Positions 15,309 through 29,689 of a DNA stretch of 64,000 nt are shown here, in pieces. The first letter of the stretch is position 1; each line of letters starts with the position of its first letter. The notes beneath the pieces are model-generated. The model was given only the letters and a program-made list of their open reading frames with translations. It searched no databases and was not told the origin of the DNA. A program made the position numbers and the translations under genes. This DNA is from the human T2T-CHM13v2.0 reference genome, Homo sapiens: assembly GCF_009914755.1 (NCBI RefSeq), contig NC_060929.1, one strand, 5' to 3'.

Positions 15309-18300
15309 GTAAGTGAACAGAGCTAAAATGTTAACATTAGGGCATTAGAATTATATATGTTATTTACTTGCTTTGGTCTTCTTTTTAGTAGTTTATAAAT
15401 TTTCTATTTAAACAATATGTATTCCTTTGGCCATCACCAAAAAGTCTATTGAGTAATAAGACCCTGAGTATCACTTTTATGTAAATAAATAAAGCATTTT
15501 ATAAATGGCTGTGCCTTTTAAACCATTTTCAGCAACAGTACCTGCTAACTTCTGGCTTGCTCTTCATTTAAAGTCTTGTTAAATCACCTCTTGGCTTTCC
15601 TTTTCCCACGTTATGTAATCTCGTTTCTTTGTAGCTTGTGTCTTAAGACTTTCTCCCCACCCTGTACTTGAAGTACATAGTGTTTCATCATCCTCAAGAC
15701 ATATAAGGATGACTCAAGTTTTCCTTCACCTGTCTTTCATCTCTGAGAAGCCTACAGAGAGGACTCTCCATCACATTTATGATATTACAAATTCAGGGTC
15801 ATACTTACTCCTCGAAACCCAGTATCGTAACAATGTACATTCTATATCAGACATTGTATTACCTTCTGAGGTTGCTATGCTTTGAAAATTATTTTCTCTC
15901 TTTTATACAAGAAGAAACTATGGCAAAGAGATGTTAAATAACTTGCCCAAGGTCACATATCTTAATGTCATGAGGATTCATTAGCTATCACCTCAAAATC
16001 CTAGTCTTCCTCTGTTCTTAGTGAATGACACAACTGTTCTTCTAGTGCACGAGATTAGAAATCTTAGCAACATGTTAGATGGTCCCCTCTCTAGAATCAA
16101 TCTAAACATCCAGTAAGTCACCTGATTGTGCTTATTTCGCTTGTAATGTCCCTCAACAATCCATGTTACTCTCTTCCTTGCTACTGCTACTGCCTGGGCT
16201 TGGCATAGAATTTTCTCTCTCCAGGACCATTGCAAAGTGCCTCCCAATGGGGTCCCTGTCTCCAGCATGAATTCCCTAAACTCCGTACTGACAAAAGTCA
16301 ACTTCCTAAGCACACACTGATCATGTCACTGCCTATTAAGGCAGGGTGAATAATGCCCATGTGCTCAGTCTTATGTGTATAAGACTCATCCACAATGTTG
16401 CATGTAGTTGTTGTTTGTTCATTTTCATTGCTACATAGTGTTCTACTGATTGAAAACACTCCAAATTAACCACTCTACAGAAGATATTTAGAATGGACTC
16501 AGTTTATGGCTGTTATCAACAGTGCTGTTATGAAAATGCTTATAATGTAACCAGATATATATGTGCACAAGTATCTCTGGAGTATCCAGCAGTCAAGTAC
16601 CTGGGCCATAGCACATGCACAGTTTCAACTTTAACAGATCAGGCCAAATGTTTTTCTAAATGGTTGTATCTATTTTTTCTTCATTGAATCCTCAATTTCA
16701 ATTGCAAAGACTAGCGCACGGTAGGAAATCAATAATGCACTTAGGAAGGAAAGAATGAAGAGATGGAGGGAGTATAGGGAAGAGAAAGTGAAGAAGCAAA
16801 AGAAGGCAAGAAATATATAATACATCTCAATACTTGTGTCATGGAAAATGAACCAGATATCACAGGAGTTCCACTGGCTCAGGTCAACAGAAGACAACCT
16901 TCACCTGATTGTGGGATGAGCCACCTAAAAAATCTGAGAGTGAGGCTCACCCACTCAAGCAGTGCCTGTATCTGAGTCTCGTCTCTTGCTTTGTCCACTT
17001 AGTGGGTGTGATTCAAAACAAAACCCAATGGAACTGTGACAGAGAAAGCACAACTCAAATCCCAGAACACCTTTGTGAAAATGAAGGGCAGCTTATACAG
17101 TCATTTAAAAATTTGTTTTCTTCTGGATTTGAGAAAATAAAAAAGTTCAGGGGAAATATGGATCAGGAATTAATCCCCAGAGCACGCAGTCACCAGTGCT
17201 GAATCCTCAAAACGGCAGTTTCCGGGAAAGCAAAAGCTCTTAATGAGATCCTGTCCTTGAATTATTGACTGGTTAGGTATGGCAAATCTTGCCTAATTGT
17301 TTTCATGATGGGAATCTAATTAAAGTGTCTTTGAGGGGCAAAAAAAGCTTCCACAGATACTCTTGTTGTGATGACCTCAGTTCTAATCATGTTTTTAGCA
17401 TTCTCCTGTAAGCACACAGAAATAAGGGTCCCAAAGGAAACACGGGGTCTTCAAGTCAGACTGCCCACTCACTCCTGACCAACTCCCTGGCTCTGCTGCT
17501 GCTGCAGAGACTTCTTGACTCACTGCTGCTCCAGGATGGCAGACTATGTAGTCTCTCCCATGCTGTCTGTCTGAACCCATTTACATAACTGCCTCCACAG
17601 AAAACCAATGCAATTTGCAGAGCTCTCAATACATGCTATGTAGTTTCAGCCTTAACATGAACATGTGTATTTATACGTGTAAAATCACACACACACACAC
17701 ACTATATATACATATACATGCCTTTAAGACAGGGAACGAAGGCGCGGCTCCTGGAATTAGACCATTTACATTCACATCTTGTTTTAGCTTGCCTACCCAC
17801 CCACGTAGTAAGTTCCTGAAGCTCTGTGAAGTTCGCTCTTCTCTAAAATGGGGTTAATAATACCTATTTCATGAGTTCTCACAAGGTTGAATAAGGCAAT
17901 ATGCGGAAAGCACTCAAAGTACTATGTGTAAGCACCCAACAAATGTGAGTAAACAGTACTAACATTAGTAATAATTATGCTGTTCTACTACAACCACCAT
18001 TATTATTCCAATTTAAAGTAAAAAAAAAAAAAAAAAAGCACAGTGGCTGAGAAGTCAAATAACCACTGTGAAAATCCAGCCCGAGGCAACTCCAAGACTC
18101 TGTAATTCATTAACTTCTAGGTGGAACTCAATCACCATAAACCACTTGGCAATGAAGGGAATGAACCCCTTCCCCACCCCAGTTTTAACATTCAAAGCTC
18201 TTGGAACAGAAGCCTCCCAACTTCCCAGACTCCTGTCCCACCCTGCTACCACACACTCTGCACTGTGAAACCAAACATTCTACCATCCTTCTCTGACCTC

Positions 18301-18528
18301 CTCTCCTAAGCGCTTTCCCTCTGAGCTGTTCTTCTAACCCATCCCAGAAACCAACAGGTTGTTACCTAAATTATTAACAATGAGCATCAACAGGGTATGC
18401 CATAACATTAAGAAATAAATTAAATGATAGAATCTCAGAGGCTCAGCAGGTTAGTACAAGTATACATTTCAGGACAGTCTGGCTCTGTCCCTTAAAACAT
18501 GGTATTTAAGAATTGATTATTAATATAC

Positions 18529-18895
<367 letters not shown>

Positions 18896-19936
18896 TTAAT
18901 TCTCACAACAGCCTTATAAGGTATATAATATTAACCCGATTTTACAGATTAAAAAAACTGAGGTTCCAAGAGGCAAACTTACTTATGGTCATATAAAAAT
19001 AAGTGACAGGGCCACTATTAACACAGTTAACCTCAGATCCCATGTCCCTTCCCACAACCCTATTACCTAGAAAAGTGTCTATTTAGTGAAAGCTTACGGG
19101 CATCCTGAGTTGATGGCGAAGCTTCAAATTACACAATGGTTTGTAAACTAGCTTAGGTGGAGGCTTGTCTTGGGATATCAGGCCCAACAGTGCATGCATC
19201 CCACTCACAGCTGGTGTTGATTGTCTGCCCAGTGGAGGAGGTAGACCCTGAGTCTAGATTGTCACCAGGTTCCTCTCTATTGTCTCGAGATCTTTAGGTT
19301 ATTCTGCATTATCTCAATGCCTGGTTAATAAAGTATCATAATTTTTAATACCAAAATTCTTTATTTCCTATAGCTACAAAAGCTAACCAAACAAAAGAAA
19401 AAAATTTAACTGGCATCTGTGTTTCCTAAGAGCAGAAAATGCAATATAGTTTTGACACTAATCATACTTACTGAAGTCTCCCCTCCTCATCCCTTATTTC
19501 CATTGATCATTCTTCTTGCATAAATTCAGTAGAGCCTTCATATGAATTTTGACTTTTCAGCAGGTGTTTCCACTGAAAAGTGTTTAGCGTTTGCTAGATA
19601 GCCAGAATATTAACTGATCATGCTTTATAAGATTAACAAGAATTTTGCAAAAAATGAAGTTCCAAAAGGGCTGCCAGCTGTATGTATGCTTACCACTGGG
19701 ACCATGGGATACTTACTATTTATCAGGGATTCCAAATCTAGCTACTCAACAGATTCATCAGGAGAACTTTAAAAATGTCGATTTTTCATGAGCCAGCCCA
19801 GGGATACAAAACTAGAATTACCAAGGTGAATCTACATTTTTAACTCCGCCCCTGAATCTTGGGCCAATATACAACTCAAAACAACTCAAAGGAAAAGGAG
19901 GATGAAAAACAATGTCAACAGGCATCCACTAAGATA

Positions 19937-21540
19937 CAATTGTGTATCACCTAACAATGAAGATATGTTCTGAGAAATGCATTATTAGACAACTTCATCG
20001 TTGTGCAAACATCATAGAGTGTACTTGCATAAACCTAGATGGTATAGCTTACTACACACATAGGCTAGATGGTATAGCCTATTGTTCCTAGACTACAAAG
20101 CTGCACATCATGTTACTATACCGCATACTGTATGCAACTGCAACACAGTGGTATTTGTGTATCTAAACATATCTAGACATAGAAAAGGAACAGTAAAAGT
20201 GCAGTATAAAAGATATATACCATGTATATACCGTTTATACAAAATGAAACACACTTACCATGAATGATGGAGCCTGCAGTACCGAGGTCACTCTGCATAA
20301 GTCAGTGAGTGAGTGGTGAGTCAATGCAAAGGTCTAGGATATTACTGTACACTGCTGTAGACTTTATAAATACTGTACACCTAGGCTACACTAAATTTAT
20401 TTTTAAAATTTTTCTTTTTTCAATAATAAATTAACCTTAGATTATTGTAACTTTTCTACTTTATAAACGTTTTCATTTTTAACTTTTTCACTCTTTTGCA
20501 ATCACACTTAGCTTAAAACACAAACACATTGCATAACTGTACAAAAATATTGTCTTTTAAATTCTTATTCTATTAACTTTTTTCAATTTTTAATTTTTTA
20601 CTTTTTAAATATTTTTGTTAAAAACACAAAAACACACACATTAGCCTAGGACTACACAGGGTCATGATCATCAATATCACTGTCTCCCACCTCCATATCT
20701 TATCCCACTGGAAAGTCTTCAGGGGCAATAACACACATGAAGCTGCCATCTCCTATGATAACAATGCTTTCCAGAATACCACTTAAAGTACCTGCCTAAG
20801 GCTGTTTAACAGTTAACTTTTTAAAATATTTTATAAGTTAGGAGTACACTTTAAAACAACAATAAATGGTATTGTAATTACATAAACCAGTAACACAGTC
20901 ATTTATTACCATTTATATGGTTTGGCTCTGTGTCCCCACCAAATCTCATCTCAAATTGTAATTCCCATGTGTCAAGGGAGGGACCTGGTGGGAGCTGATT
21001 GGATCATGGGAGTGGTTTCCCCCATGCTGCTCTCCTGACAGTGAGAGAGTTCTCATGAGATCTGATGGTTTTAAAAGTGGCAGTTTCCCCTGCACTCTAT
21101 CTCTCTCCCGCCACCTTGTGAAGAAGGTGCTTGCTTCTTCTTCACCTTCCACCATAATTGTAAGTTTCCTGAGGCCTCCCCAGCCATGTGGAACTGTGAG
21201 TCAACTAAACCTCTTTCCTTTATAAATTACCCTGTCTCAGTTATTTCTTGATAACAGTATGAAAATGGACTAATACACCATTATCAAGTATTATGTACTA
21301 ATACATCATTATCAAGTATTATGTATTGTATACACTACACGTTTACACAACTGGCAGCACAGTAGGTTTGTTTACACTGCCATCACCACAAACACATGAG
21401 TAATGCATCACGCTATGATATTAAGATGACTATGACGTTACTAGCCAACAGGACTTTTTCAGCTCCAATACAATCTTATGGTACCACCTTAATATATGCG
21501 GTCTGCCATAGACTGAAATGTTGTAGGCAGTGTTGGACTG
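19937..21540 (-). mobile_element. Tigger3 (Golem/MER7)-type non-autonomous DNA transposon
   Basis: Flanked by TA at 19935-19936 and 21541-21542. Characteristic gttctgagaaatgc...aacatcatagagtgtactt and caatcttatggtaccacc...atatgcggtc ends. Confidence 0.85.
20914..21277 (+). mobile_element. MSTA/THE1D-type solo LTR nested in Tigger3
   Basis: atatggtttggctctgtgtccccacc...atggactaataca; TSD ccatt at 20909-20913 and 21278-21282. Confidence 0.9.
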
Positions 21541-22887
21541 TATCTCAAAAGCTCCTACTTATGTCATCGAATGCTCTCTTAGCTAAACATGATTGTTTCT
21601 AGCTCAATTATCATTTCCCTTTTCAACAAAACAGCTTACTCTACTTTTCAAAATTAGTAACTTTAAACAGTCACCACACTTTGAAAACAACATTTAATCC
21701 CATTAGTTCTAACAACTTACATTTATTCGGTGCTTCATAAATGCGCAGAGCATGTCTATTTTTTATCTTATTAAGTCTTCACATCACTCTGTGAGGGAGC
21801 TCAGGCCAGCTTTATCCCTTTTCCCAGAGTCAACGAGCACATAAAATGACCAAGCAGAAACAAGAAGAGAAGCTCCCATATTACTGGCTCAATGTAGAGA
21901 TTCTCTCTACATGGCATTTCCTACCAAATCCTACTGGGCTTCCCCTGCACTTACCCTGCAGCAAATTCCTTCTCTTTTCCTTTCCTACCCACAACCCCCC
22001 GACCCTGCCATTCCCATTTCACCCCACAAGTACTGTCTGCATCCCCTTTAGCAGATTTTCATTCATCATTCATTAGACAGATGGTGATGAAGCATCTTCT
22101 GGGAGCCAAGCACTGTGCTACATACAGGGGATACAGTGGTAAACTGTGACCTCAGTGCACAGCCACCACAAAACAATTAGTACAGGATACAAAAACAGAG
22201 GAGACTCTGATTATATGAACACAAACATCAAATGGCAAATGAGTATCTTTTGGAGGGCAGTCTTATTAAGCCAAAAATAAAGCTCCAGCCCAGATCATTA
22301 TATTTGTATAGAAAAGGCCTCACTGCTTGGCTCTTCATAATTGGTGGTGCTTTCTGCTAATTGTTTGATTATCCACTGGTGCACTGGAAATCAAGGTTAA
22401 TATGAGCAGAGGGAGTCATGTTTTGGGACGAATACAGTAGTATTTATTTAGGCTATTAGTTAACTACACCCTCAAGCCCTTTAGCTCCAGGACTGGGCTT
22501 AGAAATAATTCCTAAGTCAGCAGAGCCAGAGTGTTTTAATACTTCAGTAAAAGCAGGTATGGAGGTCAATCAAAAATGCCAGTGCCAATCTTAAAAACAC
22601 ACAGAAGTCACCAGACTACCGAATTTACTCATGGAAAAAAAACCAAAAAGACTCTAGAGCAGGGTGAAAAAATGGGACACACCAAAAAATATGCCCAATT
22701 AGCCCTCAGCACATGCAAATTATACTATTTGTGATTTTTCAGATGAACACTTGAGACTTAGGATGTTTTAATCCAGAAATTCAAAAATAAAACATTTAAA
22801 AAGTTGTATCCATATCTATTAGAGAGTGAAGAATATTCATGAGTAATTTCAGTAGTAATGAAAATGTATTGACCCAACAATAGTGGC

Positions 22888-23192
22888 GGTCAGGCGCAGA
22901 GACTCACGCCAGGAATCCCAGCACTTTGGGAGGTCAAGGCAAGAGGGTCACTTGAGGCCAGGAGTTCAAGACCGGCTGGACAACACAGTGACACCCTGTC
23001 TCTACAAAAAAGAAAAAAAAATTAGCCAGGCATGGTAGCACACACCTATATCTCAGCTACTCAGAGGCTGAGGTGGCAGAATTGCTTGAGCCCCGAAGTT
23101 CAAGGCTGCAGTAAGCTGTGATTGTGTTACTGCACTCCAGCCTGGGCAACAGAGGGACCCTGTCTTACAAAAAAAAGGAAAAGAAAAAAAAA
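22888..23192 (+). mobile_element. AluJ
   Basis: Full dimer with A-rich tail. Confidence 0.92.
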
Positions 23193-23309
23193 GAACAGTT
23201 TCTCATCTCATTAATGTAATCTGTGTTTAAGTTTGATTTTGACTTGTTTTTTACTATATTCCACGAGGGATATATTCAAATTATTAACACACACTTCACT
23301 AGGCTGAGC

Positions 23310-23707
<398 letters not shown>

Positions 23708-23820
23708 TAAAATGGTTTTCATGTAATGAGGCTATAAGCACCTGGAGACAAAGAGCCAGCCTCCAACCTGGCCATGGGCCTATGCAGGGCCCTGGGAGAG
23801 CTTTTGCTTTTCCACCTTTC

Positions 23821-23870
23821 CCGGCCTCCCGTAGTGCTGGGATTACAGGCATGAGCCACTGTGCCCAGCC
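23821..23870 (-). mobile_element. Alu 5' head fragment (~50 nt)
   Basis: cggcctcccgtagtgctgggattacaggcatgagccactgtgcccagcc is the reverse complement of the first ~50 nt of Alu. Confidence 0.9.
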
Positions 23871-25189
23871 TGGCTGAGCATTTTTAATGTCAAAAATAAG
23901 CAGCAGAGGATAAGCAGAAGCTTTTAGACATAGAAAGCTGAAGACATGGCCATTGAGATGCTGTGCTGAGTGTAGAAGAATAATCTTGTTACTCAAATGC
24001 AGGAAAAACCCGGTTTGACAACATCGTGAATAGGTCTCCATTGATGGTAGTAACTTGAAGATACCAGAAAGTTTTTACTTAGCATAAAAACACATATGCT
24101 GGAAGAGTAAAGCTGAAGAAAATGCTTTTACTAGGTGATTATCTTCCAGAATTACATTGCAGTACTCGGATAAAGCAAATGTCAATTACTAAAACCAAAT
24201 CAAATGCATGTCAATTATATTCCCACATGGCATAACAAATACCTATTAAGAGGAAAAGGGTAATAAATAAGAACCAGAAACTCACAAATACATATATTTT
24301 AAAGACCAGACACAAACACAAGAAATTAACAAACCTATCTCAGAACATAAGGTTTTGGAGGGTAAAAACCATGACTTTTTTCTTCCTTCTGAAAAGTCTA
24401 AAACAATACACTTCAGTCTCCATTTTCCAAAGTAAATGTGTGTGTCCTGCTCTACATAATAAAGCATATTCCCACAAAAGCTGACTTTAATTTTTTCCTC
24501 TTTTCAGATTAAGATTCACTTTTCTTTTTTCTGATTTGGCCCAAGTGTCTTAAGGCAAAATAGAGCATGAGCATGGCATCTCTCATTCTACACATTCAAG
24601 CAGTGCATCAGAGGACCCTATGTGATGCCCCTGAATCTACAACTGCCAAGATCACTGCATGAACCTAGAAGAAAACCAGAAATGTGAGCAGATTCAGTCC
24701 ACGCCAATTGCTTGCATTGACCCTGAATACTATTCTTTCCAGAGCTTAAATTTCATTCCGAAACTAAAATACAAGTTTCCCAGTCCCATGCCTCTCAAAT
24801 TGAGGCACTCATAGCCCCAAAGATGTGTACTGAGGGAATGCAAAACTCCAAAATGAACATATTTCTGCAGTGTAACAGTAAATCATTACAAACACTGTTT
24901 CTATATTAAATACATTCTGAGAATTAGAATCAAAAGTTATCAGAATTTTTATTATGAAAATAACAACTGTAAAAGTAATAATACAAAACACTAATATCTG
25001 CTGACCACTATGGGCTGGCACTATTTTAAGCTTTCTCTATGTACGACTTCATTTAATTCATACAACCACCCTCTGGGAAAGGGTTATCACTCCCATCATA
25101 CAGATGAAGAAACCGAGGAGTAGAGAAGTGACACAAATTGTACAAGGGCACATAGTTACAGTTTCAGAGGCAGAATTCTTCTTTTTCCT

Positions 25190-25364
25190 CTTTTTTTGTT
25201 TGAGACAGAGGTTGTATTAGTCCATTTTCATGCTGCTGATAAAGACATACCTGAGACTGGGTAATTTATAAAGGAAAGCGGTTTAATGGACTCACAGTTC
25301 CACATGGCTGAGGAGGCCTCACAATCATGGTGGAAGGCAAAAGGCACGTCTTACATGGCAGCAG

Positions 25365-25395
<31 letters not shown>

Positions 25396-25860
25396 CAAAT
25401 TGTGCCAGGGAACCCCCCTTTATAAAACCATCAGATCTCGTGAAACTTATTCACTATCACAAGAACAGCATGGGAAAGACCTGCCCCCACGATTTAATTG
25501 CCTCCCACTGGGTCCTTCCCATGACATATGGGAATTGTGTGAGCTACAACTCAAGATGAGATTTGGGTGGGGACACAGCAAAACCATATCAGGGGTCTTG
25601 CTCTGTTGCCCAGGTTGGAATTCAATGGCAGGATCACAGCTCACCGTAACCTTGACCACCCAGGCTCAAGCGATCCCCCTACCTCAGCCTCCTGAGTAGC
25701 TGGACTACGGGCATGTGGCACCATGCTCGGCTAATTATTTTATTATTTGTAGAGACAAAGTCTTGGTATGTCACCAGGCTGGTCTCGAACTCCTGGCCAC
25801 AAGATACTCCCACTTTGGCCTCCCAAAGTACGGGGATCATAGGTATTGAGCCATGCCTGG
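25190..25860 (-). mobile_element. AluJ split by a THE1 LTR
   Basis: ttttgtttgagacagaggt [LTR] ggggtcttgctctgttgcccagg... continues as Alu. Confidence 0.88.
25213..25591 (-). mobile_element. THE1 solo LTR inserted in the Alu
   Basis: tgtattagtcc...aaaccatatca; TSD gaggt/ggggt; internal A-run at ~25367-25394. Confidence 0.92.
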
Positions 25861-28800
25861 AGCAGAGGTAGGATTCTAAACGCAGATGCCTACTCAGTTA
25901 CTGTGGCATAGGACATGAGAGGAGAGACCCTGTGCAGGCCTGGAGGGAGTCAGGTTGGCTGTGTAAATAAAGCAGATCTGTAAATTACTAGACAAAATAG
26001 CCAGACACAGAAAAATAAGAGACTATGAGGCTGCCTTAGGCCTTGCTGGCTTTCCAATTCCTGGTTCCTATCCCTTAGGAGGCCTGATCACTGGTACAGA
26101 AATATCCCTGTAATCATCTGCAGTAGTGAGTTTCCATTACTTCCAAAGCAAAATAAAGACAATGGGCAACATAGTGCCAAGAAAACATGAAGAGGAAAAA
26201 AGGTGTGCTGAGTCCCCTTCTACTATGTCCCAATTATTTCTGTTCAGGTGCCTACCCATCCCCCATGCAGCCCATGTGCTTCAGAGGGAGATGACCTCAT
26301 CCCCAGCTCCAAGGGCAGATCTTGACTGGATCTGCCAATACACCTATATCATTCCTCTGAACACGCTGATTGGTCTGGGGGAGCAGGTGTTCTAAGTTGA
26401 CTCAATCACCATCAGGTGAAGGGCTTTTTTCCTCATGGCTAGGAGACAGGTTCCCTCCTCTACATAGCTCTTTCTCTCATTAAATGTGGACAAATTAGTA
26501 CGCTGATCCTAGATGATGTTGACAGTCATGAGGAATCCAAACTTGAAAAAAAAAAAGTGGACATACAGAGAAAGGTAGAGCCAAAAGAATAAGAGCTATG
26601 GAAATACTGCCCACTTGGCTATGAGATAATGCAGTTCCTTAGTGAGAGGAAGGGCAGTGTCACTGCCAACCGCTCAGATTCTAAAGCTAATCAGCCCATG
26701 TTTGAATCTGGTGCTGCCACTTACTGGCCATCTTACTTCATACAAGTCACTTGACATCTCTAGCCTCAGTCTGTAAAACAAAGATAATAGTTCCAACCTC
26801 ACATGGTTATTATGAGGATTAAATATAGACACACATTTACACACACACATATACATACATACATCAAGCACTTAGAGCAGAGCCTGCACATAGTAAACAC
26901 ATGTAAGGGATGGCTGGTATTGTCTGAGTCAGGGTTTCTGCTACTTGCAGCACAAGGCAGCCTAACTGATACAGGAGGAGGGATAAAGTAAGTACAGGAG
27001 GGCTTCCCTGAGGCATGGAGTGCCAATCTGGGTTCTGGGAGAGTCAGATGAGTGAGAAACAGGACATCACCCTATCTTCCCATACCTATTATGGAGAGAA
27101 TAGAAATTCCATTCCATAAAAAACTACAGGAAGACAATGTCGGATAAAATCAGTGAAGGAAGAAAGCATATTAGAGCTATCCAGTTGTGTGACAGTACAG
27201 ATGGGGGAAAGCCCAATGTAGTTCTCTCACCCAAGAAGATGCCACGACTGTAGAGATGTCAGTGGGAAGCCAAAATCAGATCTATGTAAAGAGGACATAG
27301 AGCAAGGCTTAGTTTCTAAAGGAAACTTATTCTGAGCCCATCTCTGAATTGAGCCAACAGGCCATGCACAGGGACAGAGTGACATCTGGTTTCTAGTCAC
27401 ACACCCACACCTGCTAACCAACACACAGCTTGAAAGTCTAATTTTACACTTAGTAGCCCTGACAGCTTTTTTATTCCCTTTAAAAAAACTTGTCCCTATT
27501 CTGGGTGCAGTGGCTAGCCATTACTCTCAGATTTCCTTAGCAAAGGGAAGAAATTAAAGTAATAATGAATCTTTCTTGGATGCCCCCACCCCATCCCATT
27601 ACCCATTCATTTAGAATGTCTGCCTAAATGCCTTTCTAAATCCATGTCAAGAGCTAAGGAAACATAAGTTCTCTGGAATGTGGATCCCAGCTTTCAGCAT
27701 ATCAACCCCTAATCAGAAACCTTTTTGTGGCTGCTTGTTGCTGAAGGGACAAAACCCATTCTTCATACCTGGGATCCAAAGCACTCTACAGAACAAGATA
27801 AACCCATCCTTTGTAAATGTTCATATTCCTGCCTCACCACTGTGCTCAAGGTGGAGTCTACAATATCTGCATTCGTATCTTGGCTTAGCAATCTACTGAC
27901 TGTATCACCTTGGGCAAGTTATTTAACCTAAGCCTCCAAAGAATACACATGAAGGATATAGCTTTGACCTTGACATAGTAGGCATCAATAAATGTTAGCC
28001 TGCTGTGTCAATGATAGAAAAGGCAGTGTTTTGGAGAGGACTGGAACATAACAAACCAAAGGAAGAAAAAAAAAAATTTAACTGGTCAAACCTTCTTATA
28101 CAGAAGTCTGGTCATATGTACCAAAATATAAAATGCATACAACCTTTGACCATGAAATCTCACTTTGCTCAATCTACCTTAAATGGTAACAGAATAAGTG
28201 GGAAAATATGTAATCATAGAGACTTTCATCACAACACTGTTTGTAAGAGCAAAAACAAACAACCTAAGTTTCAATGAGGAACAGACCAAGAAAATCATGT
28301 AAACAAACAATATCTCCAGGTATGATTAATTTTCCTTTTTTTCTCAGAACTGGTTTTTTTACAAGACACATGCATTATTGTTTCTAGAATCAGAATGACT
28401 ATTTTAAAATAATTTTTGAAAAACACTCAAAGGAAAATTGTTCCTAAAGGATGTCCTCCCTGGATTTTCAGAGCTAATTGTCATTTTACATATCACAGAT
28501 GAAAGTTTAGTTCACCTTTTAAGACTAGCTAATAGCTCAAATATGTGCAAAAATTAAGGCTAACACGAAGTAGATGAAATGATTTTTTTGCACAAAATCA
28601 GCCAATTCCATCCTTTTGCTATTTCTACATACAAAGAAAGGAGCTCTATTCTCTGGCCACAGCCTTTACACTTAATCCCAAACATCTATGCCCTATGTGA
28701 AACTCTTATCATGAGAGAGACTAAGAAAGAAAAACTAGCGGGTGGTTCAGAGCAAGCCCACCTCTGATGCCAATAAGACATGGCTTCACACCCACTCAGC

Positions 28801-29254
28801 GGGCTGCTGCAGCATCCTAAAATTATCACTACAGGACCAAAGTTATGGAGAGCAGTAATGATCTGGACAAGGGTTTGGGCTTAAGAATGGATTTTAAATT
28901 TTCGGTTTATAGTTGTTTGGGCTTGAGGGCTTTACTATTTCCATAAAATGATAAGTATATAATAAAAAATTCAAACCACACAGAATAATAACAAAAAAAA
29001 ACAGATAATTATCCAGTTCACAGCAACCACAGTTCACAGCAATAATCACTATTAACATTTAGTGCTTATATTTTACTTGTTTTTAAATGTATCTCAAAAA
29101 AATTAATCATTTTTCACCCATTATACTGGCAAAAGTTAAAAAGCATGTGAATAAGTGCTGACGCTGTTGTAAGGGAATGAACACGCTCATGCGCTGTTGA
29201 TCAGTGTAAAATGTGCATATTAACACATTGGAAGGCAAAGTGACAGAATCTGTA

Positions 29255-29630
29255 TGTTACGACTGCATGTCGGTGCCCTCCCCTGCCACCCCCAATTCAT
29301 GTGCTGAAACTTTAACCTACAATGGGATGGTACTAGGAGACTGAGACTTTGGGAGGTAATTAGGTTTTCATGAGGTCATGAGTTAGAGACTGCATTTTGG
29401 GATTGGTGTCCTTATAAAAAGAAACCAAGACTAGAACTCACTCTATCCACCATGTGAGGCAATGATGAGGAGGCAGCATCTGCAAACCAAAAATATGGCC
29501 TTCACCAGACACTGGAAAGGCCAGTGCCTAGATGGTGGATTTCCCAGCCTCCAGGTCTGTGAGAAATTAATGTTTACTGTGTAAACCACACAGTCTATGG
29601 TATTCTTGTTATAGCAGGCAAACTAAAACA
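29255..29630 (+). mobile_element. MLT1A-like LTR
   Basis: tttgggaggtaattagg...cccagcctccagg...tgtgagaaattaatg...gttatagcaggcaaactaaaaca. Confidence 0.8.
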
Positions 29631-29689
29631 CTATATAAACTAATAAAAGTATGCATGTCCTGAGAATCAGCTATATCGTTTTCTGTATT

